Assembly: GCA_964106645.2 (NCBI GenBank)
Contig: OZ067045.1
Length of the DNA stretch: 64,000 nt
Origin: Podarcis pityusensis
Taxonomy: Eukaryota
Direction: 5' to 3' (one strand)
In this document: in pieces, positions 62,935 to 64,000 of the stretch
Layout of the letters: each line of letters starts with the position of its first letter
How positions within the stretch are numbered: the first letter of the stretch is position 1
The notes under the pieces: model-generated
Seen by the model: only the letters and a program-made list of their open reading frames with translations
The model's database searches: none
What the model was told of the DNA's origin: nothing
Translations under genes and position numbers: made by a program

Positions 62935-63038
62935 CGTAAACAATTCCAGGCTTCAAAGCTTTCCAGAACTCATCTGTCCCGCCTTTATTAAAAGTGTAAC
63001 AGCTTCCATAGACGGGGTGATGAAAGTGCTCAGTTTCA
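62935..63038 (-). CDS. SCNN1D: SCNN1D (delta-ENaC) exon (ETEHFHHPVYGSCYTFNKGGTDEFWKALKPGIVY)
   Basis: 104-nt exon with ENaC HPxYGxCYTFN motif, GT-AG; gene continues beyond the window end. Confidence 0.92.
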
Positions 63039-64000
63039 CTGTAGTGAAGGAAGGAAAAGGGGAATGGTCAAAATCAAATATGAGCATTTTTTGTTGTTGT
63101 CCCCTTTCCAGTGTTTGTTCACTGGACTTCATTCTCCAGTTCCTCAGCCCTCCAGATGCTTTGGGACTACAACTCCCATCATCTCTGACCATTGGTCCTG
63201 TTAGCTAGGGATGATGGGAGTTGTAGTCCCAAAACATTTGGAGGGCCGAGTTTGCCTATGTCGGTTCTACAGCCTTCACCAATGTCCTTGAAAAGGATAT
63301 GGAACAGAATGGAGTCTCCTGGAAAGGGCATGGCTGGCTGGATCCCTGAACGGGAGCACGCCACACTGAAATGTTTTGCTGCGGGTGCCCATTAACTATT
63401 CACAGCCCTGGGGATATGGTGAGATGGAGAGATAACCATCTTGTTCCATGTGACTATGCCGAAACATTTAATCACAAAAGCCATCTCAGAGAAAGGGGGA
63501 CTTTTATGAATACTATCAGCCTCAAATGATAAGCACCCTCCTTCCCCCCTCACCAGCGGTATTTTGGATTTGGTGGTGGGGGCAGCTAGTGCTTAAGGAC
63601 AGGGATAAAATATAAGGAATATAAGATAAAGGCAATCCAATTGACACCAAAAGAACATAAGAACAGCCTTTTGGATCAGGTCAATGACTCATAGTCCAGA
63701 ATCCTGTTCTCACAGTGGCCAACCAGATGCCCCAATGGGAAGCTCCAAAGCAGAACAGCTCCTGTGGTTTCCAGTAACTGGCATTTATGGGCCTTATGTT
63801 TCCAACCTCGAAGGTGTGGATGTTGAAATATGGCCCTACATTACACCTGCATTCCAAAGCTGACCGTTACTTTTACGAGTGAGGTCATCTTGCCTTGGGA
63901 CAAGAGCTGATCGTACAGCAGACCGAGAGAGGCTCCGCCCTCTGGAAGTTTGCTTAAAACTTACAGGAGCCTGCCAAATACCCGCAATTTGTCCCAGCCG

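Noticed and set aside
1-64000. CRISPR arrays, operons or other prokaryotic systems
   Set aside because: Sequence is vertebrate with spliceosomal introns; no repeat-spacer arrays

Overview
Eukaryotic genomic DNA from a squamate reptile, probably a lacertid lizard, judged from the many near-consensus Sauria SINE copies. Three spliced protein-coding genes can be rebuilt from GT-AG boundaries and reading frames. (1) The 3' half of ACAP3 on + (end of ArfGAP, ankyrin repeats, C-terminus; exons 446-13622). It has a candidate 102-nt cassette exon and a distal ACAP1/ACAP2-like alternative last exon at 31174-31280. (2) A complete, intact 4-exon, 145-aa secreted phospholipase A2 with group II cysteine architecture on - (37494->34160). 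It sits alone between ACAP3 and SCNN1D rather than in the usual OTUD3-UBXN10 PLA2G2 cluster. (3) The 3' nine exons of SCNN1D (delta-ENaC) on - (63038->53807). The rest is intronic, UTR or intergenic DNA rich in Sauria SINEs, L1 and CR1 fragments, Tc1/mariner- and hAT-type MITEs, solo-LTR-like sequences and Penelope-like remnants, one carrying an intact minimal hammerhead ribozyme motif. Almost all ORFs in the supplied track are spurious. All homology calls come from recall of the families, not from database searches.
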